From Prorocentrum cordatum (lineage: Eukaryota), in assembly GCA_963575745.1 (NCBI GenBank), contig CAUYUJ010000059.1:372001-436000 (forward strand): a DNA stretch of 64,000 nt, written 5' to 3'. Below the pieces are notes generated by a model. That model had not been told where the DNA came from. It saw only the letters and a program-made list of their open reading frames with translations, and made no database searches. The position numbers and the translations under genes are program-made. Shown one piece after another: positions 63,287-64,000 of the stretch. How positions within the stretch are numbered: position 1 is the stretch's first letter; each line of letters starts with the position of its first letter.

Positions 63287-63952
63287 GTTGAGGTCCTGGG
63301 TGAACGACCCCTGCTGTGGCGCGCCAGCTCCTCCCGGCGCCGCAGATCGTGGCGCTGCGCCTTTTTCCCCTCTTGGGCGAGCCGCGGAGACAGGGCTCGC
63401 AGCACCACGGCACTGCTCCCGCGGTGCCTTCGCGAGCCGGGCAGGGCCAGATGTGGCAGGACTAGACAGCACGTGCCTCCAAAGTTGTAGTCGTGGGGCC
63501 ACGTTGGCTTCAGGTGGCCTCCAGCAGGGCCCGTCGGGGCTCCAAGGAGGCCTCGAGGTAGATTTCGGGCGGCCCTCGAGCCTCCCAGGGATGGCTCGGA
63601 GGCGCCGGAATCAATGGAAGCAACAATCGGCTGTCGACTGCGATTGTCGCTTCCTCTTTAAATCTGCCTCCGAGAGGCTTCTGAGGCCCCAAGTCGCCCA
63701 ACAGTGGTCCAGCAGAGCCCCCAGGCGGCCTCAAAGAGCACCCTGGGAGAGCCTCTCGTGGGCCCCAACAGTCCCCTCCAAGCTTCAGATCACAGGTCAA
63801 GCCCGAAGGGGAGGTCCATCCGTGCCCCAAGCTGGCCGTAGGACAGCCCCAAAGGCTCTGGGAGCCCCAAAGGGCCAAGAGGTCCCAAACAGGGCCCAAC
63901 AGCGCCAAAAAGGTGATCCTTTTCTTGTTCATTGTTTGGCCGATCGGCGCGG

Positions 63953-63991
<39 letters not shown>

Positions 63992-64000
63992 CCATGGAGT

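Overview
This is GC-rich, repeat-dominated eukaryotic DNA. It is probably from a dinoflagellate, inferred from GA/GC splice donors, AG|G acceptors, very long introns and a LINE carrying a cytosine methyltransferase. One host gene can be supported: a + strand ZNFX1-like gene (Upf1-like SF1 helicase C-terminus plus Cys/His zinc-finger repeats). Five phase-compatible exons of it span about 9633-49278, and both ends of the gene probably lie outside the window. The rest of the window is probably intronic or intergenic. It contains a decayed LINE with an antisense FEN1-like fragment, a decayed minus-strand LINE with RNase H, APE, RT, Zn finger and C5-methyltransferase domains, and a Pif1/Helitron-like helicase fragment. 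It also contains several TCRG...CYGA MITEs with 5-bp TSDs, one of which forms a precise intron, kilobase-unit tandem arrays carrying a covarying hairpin module, and many mini- and microsatellites. No rRNA, tRNA or CRISPR array was recognised. Most ORFs in the supplied track are artefacts of repeats. All family assignments come from visual motif recognition, not database searches.
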